The translations under genes and the position numbers were made by a program. A stretch of 32,000 nt of DNA from Raphidiopsis brookii D9 (GTDB lineage: Bacteria > Cyanobacteriota > Cyanobacteriia > Cyanobacteriales > Nostocaceae): contig ACYB01000022.1 of NCBI GenBank assembly GCA_000175855.1, forward strand, positions 71,026-103,025, given 5' to 3'. A model generated the notes under the pieces. The model ran no database searches. It saw nothing but the letters and a program-made list of their open reading frames with translations, and was not told the origin of the DNA. Positions 1 through 10,061 of this stretch are shown one piece after another; the stretch's first letter is position 1; each line of letters begins with the position of its first letter.

Positions 1-126
1 AAACGGGATTCTAGAAAACGACTTAGATCATCAAATAGACTCACTGTAAAAACTCCAAAGGTAGATATATTTATGATATGATGTCAGGGATGCTCAATTA
101 CCTAGCCATTTTTAGCGATGGGAGAC

Positions 127-939
127 TCAAATAGAATCCAAATAACGACGTAACTTGCTACTAAAAATATCAATTACTGTCACCACGACTAACAATACTA
201 ACATCATAGTGGTCGCTTTATTATACTCAAAACCGTCTATATAACTCTTTAACTGAAATCCAATTCCACCTGCACCCACCACACCTAGCACGGAAGCAGC
301 ACGGATATTATACTCAAACATCCACAGAGTATAACCCAGTCCCAAAGGTAACACTTGAGGTAATATGCCATATTGAACCATTTGTAACTTTGACGCACCA
401 ATTACCTGCAAAGATTCCAATGAACTAGAATCTACAGCTTCAATAGCTTGCTGATAAAATTTCGCAAGATAGCCAATGGTGTAGATAGCTAGGGCTAAGG
501 TTCCAGCGGGCGCGCCTAAACCTGTAGCAGCGACAAAAATTAAGCCTAGAATGATTGAGGGAACAGAACGAACAGTATTTTGGAGTAAATTAGCTAACCA
601 TTGCAACCACAAAGGTGCAATATTATTAGCACTAGCTACTGCAATTGGTAAGGAGAGCAGCGCGCCAATAGAAGTTCCCCATAAAGACATTTGTACGGTT
701 TCTATTAGTGCTTTAATGGCTATATCAACCACTTGCCAGTCGGGGGGAAATAACCTGACAATAAAATCTGTAATATAGGGCCAACTGGTTTTGACTAATT
801 CAAAATCAACTTTTAACCCTTGCAATGCCCAAAAATACACCCCTACTACCACTAAAATGATAATTAAGTTCCTCAACCAAAAGAAACGATTAGGATAATA
901 AAAATGATTAAATGGGTGGTGTTGAGGTGTTTTTTTCAT
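127..939 (-). CDS. phnE: Phosphonate/phosphate-type ABC transporter permease (PhnE family)
   Basis: 270-aa multi-TM protein with a binding-protein-dependent permease EAA-like loop (EAVDSSSLESLQVIGASKLQMVQYGILPQVLP). It sits downstream of PhnC- and PhnD-like genes on the same strand. Confidence 0.88.
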   Translation of the reverse strand: MKKTPQHHPFNHFYYPNRFFWLRNLIIILVVVGVYFWALQGLKVDFELVKTSWPYITDFIVRLFPPDWQVVDIAIKALIETVQMSLWGTSIGALLSLPIAVASANNIAPLWLQWLANLLQNTVRSVPSIILGLIFVAATGLGAPAGTLALAIYTIGYLAKFYQQAIEAVDSSSLESLQVIGASKLQMVQYGILPQVLPLGLGYTLWMFEYNIRAASVLGVVGAGGIGFQLKSYIDGFEYNKATTMMLVLLVVVTVIDIFSSKLRRYLDSI

Positions 940-1003
940 ATTTCAAATTTTGTGACATGTCCTTGGATATATTTTCCTCAACTTTGTAGTCGTAGTAGTC
1001 GTA

Positions 1004-1822
1004 TTATATAATAGGGGGTTCTGTCTGAAATTGAAAATTTAGTTTGTCTCTTAACTGGTCTAAGTGGTCTAACTTGTTTAAGTTATCAACCTTGGGCGCG
1101 GGTTCCTGGACAAATTTTTCTGGTAGGTTATTAGGTTTACCATCATAAACAATACGTCCAGCATCTAAAACTATAGCACGGTCAGCATATTTCGCAGCCA
1201 TACCTAAGTCATGTAGGACAGCAATGATGGTTAGTCCTTGCTCCCGATTCAATTGGGTGAGAGTCTCCATCACCTGTTGAGATGCTATCACATCTAAACC
1301 AGTAATTGGTTCATCCGCTAAAAGGATTTGTGGGGATTGAATTAGCGCACGTGCAATAGCAACTCTTTGTTGTTGTCCACCACTTAGTTGATTGGTTCTT
1401 TGATGAATTTTACTTTTTAAGCCAAATTGTGCTAGCAATTCCTGTGCTAAAAATCGGTCTTGTAGTGGAAAACCAAATAAAGTTTGTGTAGTTTTTCTCT
1501 TCCCTAAACGACCACACAAAACATTATCCAAAACTGATAGCTGTCCTATTAATCCACCACCTTGAAATAACATACCAATCTCTTGACGAATTTCTGGTAA
1601 TGTCTGGTTTGTCATCACTCGATTATTAATATAAACTGAGCCATCTAGTACGGGTACTAACCCTACAAGCGATCGCAAGAGGGTGGACTTACCAGCTCCG
1701 TTTAAACCCAATAGAACTACAAATTCACCTTGGGCAATCTCTAAATCAATCCCATTGAGGATGGGACGATTTGAGGATGGGGTGTAACTTGTTTTTAGAT
1801 TGTGACATTCAATTAGTTTCAT
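1004..1822 (-). CDS. phnC: Phosphonate/phosphate-type ABC transporter ATP-binding protein (PhnC family)
   Basis: Walker A GLNGAGKST, signature LSGGQQQRVAIARAL, Walker B ILLADEP. The ORF is open to 1834; the start MKLIECHN at 1822 is preferred. Confidence 0.9.
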   Translation of the reverse strand: MKLIECHNLKTSYTPSSNRPILNGIDLEIAQGEFVVLLGLNGAGKSTLLRSLVGLVPVLDGSVYINNRVMTNQTLPEIRQEIGMLFQGGGLIGQLSVLDNVLCGRLGKRKTTQTLFGFPLQDRFLAQELLAQFGLKSKIHQRTNQLSGGQQQRVAIARALIQSPQILLADEPITGLDVIASQQVMETLTQLNREQGLTIIAVLHDLGMAAKYADRAIVLDAGRIVYDGKPNNLPEKFVQEPAPKVDNLNKLDHLDQLRDKLNFQFQTEPPII

Positions 1823-1952
1823 GGTAGTAACCAAGTTATTGTTAATTAAAAATATTCTAGCACTTCTAAACAGTTTGTGACAGTAAATAGCCTGGTAGAA
1901 AACTACTTATAGAAGTTACATATCGCACCATTTCCCCATTTTTCGCCCCCAA

Positions 1953-2933
1953 TTATGGTTCTATGCCCAAATTTTTCAGAGCATCGCGGACGGGTTTCAA
2001 GTGACGATTATGATCGACTCTCACTAGCTCGGTGGAATTATACAAACCCTGCAATAATTGGTTATTTTCTGGTTTGTTTAACTTGAGAAAGGCGTTAATA
2101 ATTTTTTCTCGCATGACTACTGGAACATCATCATCAACAACTATTCCATGAGCGGGAACACCGGATATTTTATACAGCACTCGCAATTTAGCAGCATCTG
2201 TGGTAGATATATAGGGAGGATACATGGCATACTCGGAAACTGTTGCTACATCTGCTTGACCACGCACTACTGCTTCCAAGGCTTTACTGTAATTACCTCC
2301 ATAGGTAATTTGACCAAAGAAACCTTCCATCCGGTCTTTGTCCGGGACAAATCCGTTCTTCACCAACTCACTGACTGGAAAAATAAACCCTGATCCAGAG
2401 GTGGGGGAGGTAAAGGCAATTTTTTTGCCTCTGAGCTGCTCCATTGTCGCTTTAGCAGAAGCTTTGGGAGTTAGAGGACTGTCTTTGGCAACTACAAATA
2501 TGGAATTATAGGTGTATCTCCCAGAATAATTTGAACGTGTTTCTGCTAAGTGCATACGAGAATTTGCCAGTTTCTCCGCTTTTAAGGCTGGACGACTGCT
2601 TAAAAAAGCCACATCCGCACGATTTGCTCTTAGAGCTTCTACAGCAGCAGTATCATCACTAATTTGCGCTGTTACAGGTATTCCTAACTCCCGAGATAGG
2701 AAGTTGGCTACTTTCCCGACTTGTTCTTGCAGATTGGGAGCATCCTTCCGACTGGGAAAGACTATGGTCAGATTTTTGAGATTTTTTGTAAGTAATAGTG
2801 GTACTACTGGAGGAGGAGTGGAGTTAGCCACCATGGGTTGGGTCTTCACCACATTGCTGATAAATAAACTTGTCACTGTTGCCAATGTACTGGCAATCAA
2901 GAACTTTCTTTTCAGGAATTGGTCAAAGTTCAT
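1953..2933 (-). CDS. phnD: Phosphate/phosphite/phosphonate ABC transporter substrate-binding protein (PhnD-like)
   Basis: 326 aa with an N-terminal signal-like segment and the PhnD-like core LTIVFPSRKD...DVAFLSSRPAL...GKKIAFTSPTSGSGFIFPVSELVKNG. Same strand as phnC and phnE. Confidence 0.85.
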   Translation of the reverse strand: MNFDQFLKRKFLIASTLATVTSLFISNVVKTQPMVANSTPPPVVPLLLTKNLKNLTIVFPSRKDAPNLQEQVGKVANFLSRELGIPVTAQISDDTAAVEALRANRADVAFLSSRPALKAEKLANSRMHLAETRSNYSGRYTYNSIFVVAKDSPLTPKASAKATMEQLRGKKIAFTSPTSGSGFIFPVSELVKNGFVPDKDRMEGFFGQITYGGNYSKALEAVVRGQADVATVSEYAMYPPYISTTDAAKLRVLYKISGVPAHGIVVDDDVPVVMREKIINAFLKLNKPENNQLLQGLYNSTELVRVDHNRHLKPVRDALKNLGIEP

Positions 2934-3102
2934 TAGTAATAATTCTCAGTATTTTTGCAAATTAGTTTCAACTAATCCTAAAACTTTTGAGAATAAAAGT
3001 CAATAGGCTCGCGTAGAAAATTTTGCGATTCAAAATATAATTAAAGTATTAGTACTTATTATATTAAGATTAAATACTATCGAAACAAAAGAGGATGGGA
3101 CA

Positions 3103-3720
3103 ATGTCAAGAAAAAACATAATCAATCCAGAACAATCTTACACATTTGCAGACTATTTTAAACTTAACTTTGCTCCACAAGACATTTTGGCTTATTTCAA
3201 TGTTTCCTTAGAACGTTCCATTTTAGAATTAGCACGGTCCACTAATGATCTGGATCGTTTATATGACTTGAAAAAACGTATTGAAGAAGTATTGCCTCGT
3301 TTAAGTCTTACCAGCGAAATTGCACGCAGAGAATTTTTGATTGCTCCAGTATTAACAGACCTACTACACTACACGGAAGCTACCCTAAACATTGAATATC
3401 CTGTAGTAGTCAACAATCAACTAAAAGGTTCTTTGGACTACCTTATCCAAAATTCTCAAGTTTTTCTAGTGGTGGAAGCTAAAAATGAAGACCTAGAAAA
3501 AGGCTTTTTACAGTTAGCAGTGGAATTAATCGCCCTTGATCAATGGATGGAATCGGATCTTGACGTGTTAAATGGTGCAGTTTCTACGGGGAATATTTGG
3601 CAATTTGCAAAATTTAACACTCAGGATCGTATAATAACTCAAGATATTAATTTGTATCGTGTTCCCGCTGATTTAGAAGAAGTTTTGCGGATCCTAGTAA
3701 AGATACTGGCATCCCAATAA
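3103..3720 (+). CDS. Hypothetical protein with a possible PD-(D/E)XK nuclease-like core
   Basis: 205-aa ORF starting at an ATG preceded by an A/G-rich stretch (gaggatgggacaatg). It contains GSLDYLIQNSQVFLVVEAKNEDLEKGFLQLAVEL, a D-x(n)-ExK pattern. Confidence 0.75.
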   Translation: MSRKNIINPEQSYTFADYFKLNFAPQDILAYFNVSLERSILELARSTNDLDRLYDLKKRIEEVLPRLSLTSEIARREFLIAPVLTDLLHYTEATLNIEYPVVVNNQLKGSLDYLIQNSQVFLVVEAKNEDLEKGFLQLAVELIALDQWMESDLDVLNGAVSTGNIWQFAKFNTQDRIITQDINLYRVPADLEEVLRILVKILASQ

Positions 3721-3878
3721 CCAGTCCTAGCTATAAGTGATTGCAACGGAGGCCAACCAAAACTTCCCAACCCCCATCAAATAGTTTTCCAGCAACTTTT
3801 ATATCAGATGGTATATCGGGTGGGTCAATTTTCCGGTAAAATACTTTGAGATATTTAAACGTTGACAAGAGAATTACC

Positions 3879-4583
3879 ATGACAGTTGCAACAGCTTTTG
3901 ACTTAGACAGTTTAAATGAACAATTTGAAACCGCCACTCCTACGGAAATCCTGGCATGGTCGGTGGAAAACATACCTACGGGTTTAGTCCAAACCAGTGC
4001 TTTCAATGTTGATGACTTGATTATTACCCATATTCTTTATGAAGTACTGGATCACCCAACACCAGTGATTTTTCTTGATACCCTTCATCACTTTGAACAA
4101 ACTTTAGACTTGGTTGCTAAAGCTAAAACAGTTTATGGCTTAGACTTAAAGACCTATAAAGTACCTGATGTATATAGTCGTGAGGAGTTTACCGCTAAGT
4201 ATGGAGAGGCGTTGTGGGATAGTGATATTAGTAAATTTCATCAAGTTACTAAAATTGAACCTTTACAGCGTGGATTGGATGAATTAAATACGGTAGGTTG
4301 GATTACTGGTCGTCGTCGGGATCAGGCGGTTACCCGTGCGAATATGCCCGTGTTTGAGTTGGATAATCAAGGGCGCTTGAAAATTAATCCCTTGGCCACT
4401 TGGACAAGAAAAGAAAGCTGGGAGTATGTAGCTGAATACAAAGTAATTTATAATCCCCTACATGATCAAGGATACCCAAGTATTGGTGATGAGCCAATTA
4501 CTACTAGGGTAGCTGATGGAGAAGATGAAAGAGCTGGACGTTGGCGCGGTACTGGGAAGACTGAGTGTGGTATTCACATTTAA
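3879..4583 (+). CDS. cysH: Phosphoadenylyl-sulfate (PAPS) reductase, thioredoxin-dependent
   Basis: Motifs TPVIFLDTLHHFEQTL, ITGRRRDQAVTRANMPVFELD and the C-terminal GRWRGTGKTECGIHI typical of CysH. The ORF is open to 3846; ATG 3879 is the likely start. Confidence 0.9.
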   Translation: MTVATAFDLDSLNEQFETATPTEILAWSVENIPTGLVQTSAFNVDDLIITHILYEVLDHPTPVIFLDTLHHFEQTLDLVAKAKTVYGLDLKTYKVPDVYSREEFTAKYGEALWDSDISKFHQVTKIEPLQRGLDELNTVGWITGRRRDQAVTRANMPVFELDNQGRLKINPLATWTRKESWEYVAEYKVIYNPLHDQGYPSIGDEPITTRVADGEDERAGRWRGTGKTECGIHI

Positions 4584-4602
4584 CATTTAAATTAGATATA
4601 AG

Positions 4603-4623
4603 TCCCACACTGACAGTGTGGGA
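4603..4623. terminator. Stem-loop after cysH (possible terminator)
   Basis: Perfect 9-bp inverted repeat tcccacact-gac-agtgtggga in the cysH-sbcD intergenic region. No strong T tract follows. Confidence 0.5.
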
Positions 4624-4655
4624 GCGTATCATGAAAAAAAGATTGCCGTAAATCC

Positions 4656-5899
4656 ATGATCAAAATTCTACACCTTTCAGATATTCATATAGGAAGCGGT
4701 TTTCCCACGGACGTATTAACCCCAACACTGGATTAAACACACGCCTGGAGGATTTTGTTAATACCCTATCTTTATGTATTGATCGGGCCCTGTCTGAACC
4801 GGTGGATATGGTTATATTTGGTGGTGATGCTTTTCCGGATGCTACACCTCCACCCTACGTACAAGAAGCATTTGCCAGTCAGTTTCGTAGGTTAGTTGAT
4901 GCCCATATTCCAACGGTTTTATTAGTTGGCAATCATGATTTACATTCTCAGGGTATAGGAGGAGCAAGTCTTAATATTTACCGAACTTTGGGAGTGCCTG
5001 GTTTTGTAGTGGGTGACAGTTTGACTACCCATCATATTCAAACCCCCAATGGTAAGGTACAAGTAATTACTCTACCTTGGTTGACTAGATCTATGTTAAT
5101 GACCCGCAAGGAAACTACGGGAATGTCTATGGCTGAGGTTAATCAACTTTTGACTGATAAATTACAAGTGGTTTTAGAAGGAGAGGTGAGAAATTTAGAC
5201 CCAAATCTGCCCACCATACTTTTAGCCCATTTGATGGCTGATAATGCTATGTTGGGTGCGGAACGTTTATTAGCTGTAGGTAAGGGTTTTACTCTGCCAG
5301 CTTCTTTGTTGATTAGACCATGTTTTGATTATGTGGCATTAGGCCATGTCCACTGTCATCAAAATCTGAATAAATCCAACGACCCACCTGTGGTTTATCC
5401 TGGTAGTATTGAGCGAGTGGATTTTAGCGAAGAAAAAGAACAAAAGGGTTATGTAATGGTCGAGTTGGAAAAAGGTAGGGCCAATTGGCAGTTTTGCCCA
5501 CTACCTGCTCGTGTTTTTCGTACCATCGAGGTGGATTTATCCCCCAGCGACAATCCTCAACAAACATTATTGCAGGCGATCGCCAAACATGACCTAACCG
5601 GGACTGTAGTCAGACTAGTTTATAAACTGCGGTCGGAACAATTAGACGTAATAGAAAACGCTGTTATTCATAAGGCTCTAGGAGATGCACATCATTACAC
5701 GATTCACCCAGAACTAGTGAGTCAATTAGCCAGACCGCGAATTCCCGAATTAAATGCTAGTAGTAGTATTGATCCCATAGAGGCATTAAAAACCTACTTA
5801 AACAATCGTGAAGATTTAAAAGATATTGCCACATATATGTTAGAAGCAGCACAAGAATTATTAGGAGATGAGGAGACTAAGATTTTGGTAGACAGATAG
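4656..5899 (+). pseudogene. sbcD: SbcD-like DNA repair exonuclease (metallophosphoesterase), frameshifted near its N terminus
   Basis: ATG 4656 encodes MIKILHLSDIHIGSGF and then runs into a stop (PTDVLTPTLD*). Adding one T in the run at 4700-4703 gives MIKILHLSDIHIGSGFSHGRINPNTGLNTRLEDFVNTLSLCIDRALSEPVDMVIFGGD, continuous with ORF 4802-5899 (GGD, GNHD, GHVH motifs). This may be a sequencing error rather than a true pseudogene. Confidence 0.85.
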
Positions 5900-5978
5900 T
5901 GATACTTTGTTGTTTTGCCTTCATGAATAATGCAGGTTAATTTATAAACTATAAACACATTTGTTTGGTAGGCCACCT

Positions 5979-7814
5979 ATGTCATTCTACCCTCAGATCA
6001 AACAATTTGTCATTGGTAAATCCTTACCTACGACTGCTCATATTGAGGAAAGATTAAGTAATGCTGCTGCTTTGGCAGTTCTATCCTCGGACGCATTATC
6101 TTCTGTTGCTTATGCGACAGAGGAAATTTTATTAGTTTTAATGGCTGCTGGTACTGGTGCTCTAGGTTTATCTCTCCCCATTAGCATTGCTATTATTTTG
6201 CTATTAGCAATAGTTGTACTTTCCTATCGTCAAACCATCCGTGCTTATCCTCAAGGTGGAGGCTCTTACATTGTAGCCAGAGAAAATATAGGTTTATATG
6301 CTGGTTTAATAGCAGGTAGCTCCTTAATGATTGATTATATTTTGACGGTTACCGTAAGTATATCAGCCGGAACGGCTGCATTAACCTCGGCAATGCCATT
6401 TTTAAGAGATCACACAGTTCTTTTATGTTTGATTTTTATATTCCTATTAATGCTAGCCAATCTCAGGGGAGTTAAGGAATCAGGGAAGATATTTATGATT
6501 CCGACCTATGCCTTTATTACTACTATTTTTCTATTGATTATTGTTGGTTTAATTCAACATGTGACCGGACAGGTATCAACATCATATCCCATAATTCCCA
6601 TCAGTCAGGAATTAAGCTTATTCTTTGTTTTGCGGGCTTTTGCTGCTGGCTGTACTGCACTTACTGGGGTGGAAGCTATTTCTGATGGAGTATTAGCGTT
6701 TAAACCCCCCGAGTGGAAAAATGCCCGTTTGACCCTAGTGTATTTGGGAATTATTCTGAGTTTCATGTTTGTGGGAATTAGCTTTTTAGCCAATTCCCAT
6801 CATATTGTCCCCGAATCTGGACAGACTGTCCTTTCCTTATTAGGAAGAGAAATTTTTGGTGTCAGTCCCATTTATTATTTCCTCCAAATTGTGACTTTGT
6901 TAGTCTTATTATTAGCTGCAAATACCAGCTATGCGGATTTTCCTCGATTGTGTTACTTCCTGGCCAGAGATGGATTTTTACCCCGCCAATTATCACTACT
7001 GGGCGATCGCCTGGTCTATTCCAATGGCATTATCCTCCTAAGTGCTTGTGCAGCGATTTTAGTCATTCTCTTTAAAGGTGAAGTGAATGCGGTTATTCCT
7101 CTATATGCAGTAGGTGTATTTACTTCTTTTACCCTTTCGCAAGCGGGAATGGTTCGTCACTGGTTTGTTCAAAAGAGTCCGGGTTGGCAAGCTAGTGCCA
7201 TGATGAATGGGGTAGGTACAATTACTACGTTAGTTGTTTTATTAGTGATTATTTACACTAAATTTTTGAGAGGTGCCTGGCTAGTAGTTGTAGCCATTCC
7301 TATATTTGTCAGCTTGTTTTTAGGCATTGCCCGTCATTATCAGTATGTAGCCAGGGGTTTGAGTGTTCAGGATATAGTACGGCCTAGCTATACACCCAGA
7401 CCAAAACTGGAAGTAATCACTCATCCTGCGGTTGTAGTAATTGGTCAACTCAACCTAGGAACAGTACAAGCTTTGGACTATGCACGTCTAATTGCGGATG
7501 AAATTGTTGCTGTTCATGTGGATATTGGCTCTACGGACAGGGAAAAACTGTGGGAAAAATGGCAAAAATTAGAATCAGATATTCCCCTGCATATTATTGA
7601 CTCCCCCTATCGTTCTGTAATTGACCCCATAGTTAAGTTTATCGGTGAATTTGAAGAGCGTTATCCCGATGTTTTTACAACCATAATTATCCCTGCTTTT
7701 GTCACCCGTAACTGGTGGGATGCCATTCTACATAACCAAACTAGCTTATTCTTAAAGAATGCCTTACGGGCGAAAAAAAGTCGAGTTGTCACCACGGTAA
7801 GATACTTTTTATGA
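5979..7814 (+). CDS. APC superfamily amino-acid/cation permease
   Basis: About 611 aa with many TM helices. The N-terminal motif SNAAALAVLSSDALSSVAYATEEIL is typical of APC family permeases, with a C-terminal soluble domain. ATG 5979 is preferred over the 5961 start. Confidence 0.85.
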   Translation: MSFYPQIKQFVIGKSLPTTAHIEERLSNAAALAVLSSDALSSVAYATEEILLVLMAAGTGALGLSLPISIAIILLLAIVVLSYRQTIRAYPQGGGSYIVARENIGLYAGLIAGSSLMIDYILTVTVSISAGTAALTSAMPFLRDHTVLLCLIFIFLLMLANLRGVKESGKIFMIPTYAFITTIFLLIIVGLIQHVTGQVSTSYPIIPISQELSLFFVLRAFAAGCTALTGVEAISDGVLAFKPPEWKNARLTLVYLGIILSFMFVGISFLANSHHIVPESGQTVLSLLGREIFGVSPIYYFLQIVTLLVLLLAANTSYADFPRLCYFLARDGFLPRQLSLLGDRLVYSNGIILLSACAAILVILFKGEVNAVIPLYAVGVFTSFTLSQAGMVRHWFVQKSPGWQASAMMNGVGTITTLVVLLVIIYTKFLRGAWLVVVAIPIFVSLFLGIARHYQYVARGLSVQDIVRPSYTPRPKLEVITHPAVVVIGQLNLGTVQALDYARLIADEIVAVHVDIGSTDREKLWEKWQKLESDIPLHIIDSPYRSVIDPIVKFIGEFEERYPDVFTTIIIPAFVTRNWWDAILHNQTSLFLKNALRAKKSRVVTTVRYFL

Positions 7815-7879
7815 TCTAATGTAACCTTATCCATTAATAATCCCTTGGTTTTTCATAACTAAGATTTAGCTCCTTTAAA

Positions 7880-7928
7880 AAGAGAGTGGGAGGAGGCATT
7901 ACCAAGCGCCATTCACTCCCACTCTCTT
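7880..7928. terminator. Strong stem-loop downstream of the permease gene
   Basis: Perfect 13-bp inverted repeat aagagagtgggag (7880-7892) / ctcccactctctt (7916-7928) with a 23-nt loop. It is flanked on the left by A's, so the minus-strand transcript would have a T tract after the stem. Confidence 0.6.
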
Positions 7929-8267
7929 ATTTGCTGCTGAAGCGTTTAGGGAACATCACTGACAAACCTAATCGTTAATTAGGGGGGTAATTTGTAATCG
8001 ACTAGGTTTGTATTCATTGATCATTCCTATTGCAGCAAATGCTCATTTTGTTTATTCGTTTAACAAACTGTAAGAGACTCACTCTTTTTTTGTTTGTCTA
8101 GTTCAATGTAACCCCCTTTCAAAGTCTCTGGTTGCCAAGTTGGCACTTAGTTGAGATTTTATCAAAAAATTCTGTTTCCTGGTAACATCATACATTATTG
8201 TATTATACATTTACCGGACTTGACTACTGAATTTGAAACTTCATATTTTTGCTTATTATAACCAACC

Positions 8268-10013
8268 ATGATTTCACAAAAGAATAATATAAAGTTACCA
8301 TACCAACGCTGGCACATAGCAAAGCAAAACCAAGAACTAGCTCAAAATTTAGCAAGTGTCAATAATGTTTCTCCCATTATAGGTCAGTTGTTAATTAATA
8401 GAGGTATGGAAACACCAGAAATAGCTACTAGATTTATCAATCCTGAATGTATAAATTTACCCTCTCCCTTAGATGAGTTCCCGGATTTAGTCATCAGTGT
8501 AGAATTATTGGCAAGTGCTATTAGAAACCATGAGAAAATTGCTATCTGCGGGGATTATGATGCTGATGGCATGACTAGTACAGCTTTGCTGTTACGCAGT
8601 CTTGGAGCTTTAGGTGCAAACATTGATTATGCTATTCCCAGTAGAATGCACGAGGGTTATGGAATCAATAAACGAATTGTGGAAGAATTTCACCGTGAAG
8701 GGGTCAGTTTAATTCTAACCGTAGATAATGGTATTGCTGCTTTTGAACCTATTGCAAGAGCAAAAGAGTTGGGTTTGAAAGTGATTATTACGGATCACCA
8801 TGATTTACCTCCCCAATTACCAATTGCTGATGCAATTCTTAACCCCAAATTAATATCTCTATCTTCTCCTTATAGAGGTCTTGCTGGTGTGGGTGTAGCC
8901 TATGTTTTAGCTGTATGTTTAGCTCAACATTTGGAAAAAATCACAGGTCTAGTTCAACCTATGTTGGATTTATTTACTTTGGGAACTATTGCTGACCTAG
9001 CTCCTTTAACTGGTGTTAATCGTCGTTGGATAAAACGGGGCTTAAAATCATTATATAAGTCCAATTTACCTGGTGTTCAGGCTTTAATTCAAGTCTCTGG
9101 GGTACAAGATTCTAAGTCTTTAAAACCAGAAGATATTGGATTTCGTCTGGGACCAAGAATCAATGCTGTGGGTAGAATTGGCAATCCTCAAATTGTGATC
9201 GAATTACTAACTACGGATGATATGGGAATTGCTTTGGAACGAGCAATGCAATGTGAGCAAATAAATGCTGAACGTCAAAAAATCTGTGAGGAAATCCAAG
9301 GAGAGGCAATATTATTGGTTGAAAATTTATATGCACAAAATTTGCATCAAGACCGAGTTCTGGTCGTAGTCAAAGATAATTGGCATCACGGTGTAATTGG
9401 CATTGTCGCTTCTCGTCTCGTAGAACGTTATGGAGTTCCCGTCTTTATCGGTACTTACGAAAATAATGACCTGGTTCGTGGTTCCGCAAGGGGAATACCT
9501 GAATTTAATGTGTTTGATGCTTTGGAGTTTAGCAGCGATTTACTACATAAACATGGTGGACATAAAGCTGCTGCTGGGTTTTCTTTACCCGCAGCTAATC
9601 TAGAAAATTTTCGATTGCGTTTATCAGAGTTTGCCAATCAATGTCTGGAAGTTCAACATCTCAAACCACTATTAAGAATAGATGGTCAAATCAATTTTTG
9701 TCAGATCAATCGGGATTTATTCCAACAGTTGAATATTCTTCATCCCTGTGGAATTGAAAACCCTGACCCTATGTTTTGGACTCCCCAAGTACGGGTGGTA
9801 GAACAGCAAATGATTGGTAAGGGTAGTATTAAGTTGACTTTGGCTCAAATCATAGATAATACAAGATATGAAATTAGAGCTTTGGCTTGGCGATGGGGTG
9901 ATTATTTCCCTTTACCCTTCACTATTGATATTGCTTATAAGTTGCGGGAAAATAACTTTAATGGTGCGAATGATATTGAGTTGGAGTTGGTCGGTGTTAG
10001 GTTACCTCAATAG
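8268..10013 (+). CDS. recJ: Single-stranded-DNA-specific exonuclease RecJ
   Basis: 581 aa with DHH phosphoesterase motifs ICGDYDADGMTST, ITDHHDLP, GTIADLAPLTG and the C-terminal GGHKAAAGFS. Confidence 0.95.
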   Translation: MISQKNNIKLPYQRWHIAKQNQELAQNLASVNNVSPIIGQLLINRGMETPEIATRFINPECINLPSPLDEFPDLVISVELLASAIRNHEKIAICGDYDADGMTSTALLLRSLGALGANIDYAIPSRMHEGYGINKRIVEEFHREGVSLILTVDNGIAAFEPIARAKELGLKVIITDHHDLPPQLPIADAILNPKLISLSSPYRGLAGVGVAYVLAVCLAQHLEKITGLVQPMLDLFTLGTIADLAPLTGVNRRWIKRGLKSLYKSNLPGVQALIQVSGVQDSKSLKPEDIGFRLGPRINAVGRIGNPQIVIELLTTDDMGIALERAMQCEQINAERQKICEEIQGEAILLVENLYAQNLHQDRVLVVVKDNWHHGVIGIVASRLVERYGVPVFIGTYENNDLVRGSARGIPEFNVFDALEFSSDLLHKHGGHKAAAGFSLPAANLENFRLRLSEFANQCLEVQHLKPLLRIDGQINFCQINRDLFQQLNILHPCGIENPDPMFWTPQVRVVEQQMIGKGSIKLTLAQIIDNTRYEIRALAWRWGDYFPLPFTIDIAYKLRENNFNGANDIELELVGVRLPQ

Positions 10014-10018
10014 TATCA

Positions 10019-10042
10019 TCAAAGCTGCAATTACAGCTTTGA
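10019..10042. terminator. Stem-loop between convergent recJ and psb30
   Basis: Perfect 9-bp inverted repeat tcaaagctg-caatta-cagctttga located between the two stop codons (10013 and 10062). Confidence 0.5.
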
Positions 10043-10061
10043 CGTAAACTAGTTCAATTGT

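Noticed and set aside
2934-3102. Possible Pho box upstream of phnD (direct repeats resembling CTTAACCT)
   Set aside because: Only loose AT-rich matches (such as ctttaatt and cttaatat) were seen. Spacing and sequence were too weak to call a PhoB site.
3731-4006. Minus-strand 91-aa ORF overlapping the cysH start
   Set aside because: Mostly antisense to the well-supported cysH coding region and without family features.
4631-4651. Short plus-strand ORF atgaaaaaaagattgccgtaa just before sbcD
   Set aside because: Only 6 codons (MKKRLP) and no evidence of leader-peptide function. It is probably incidental.
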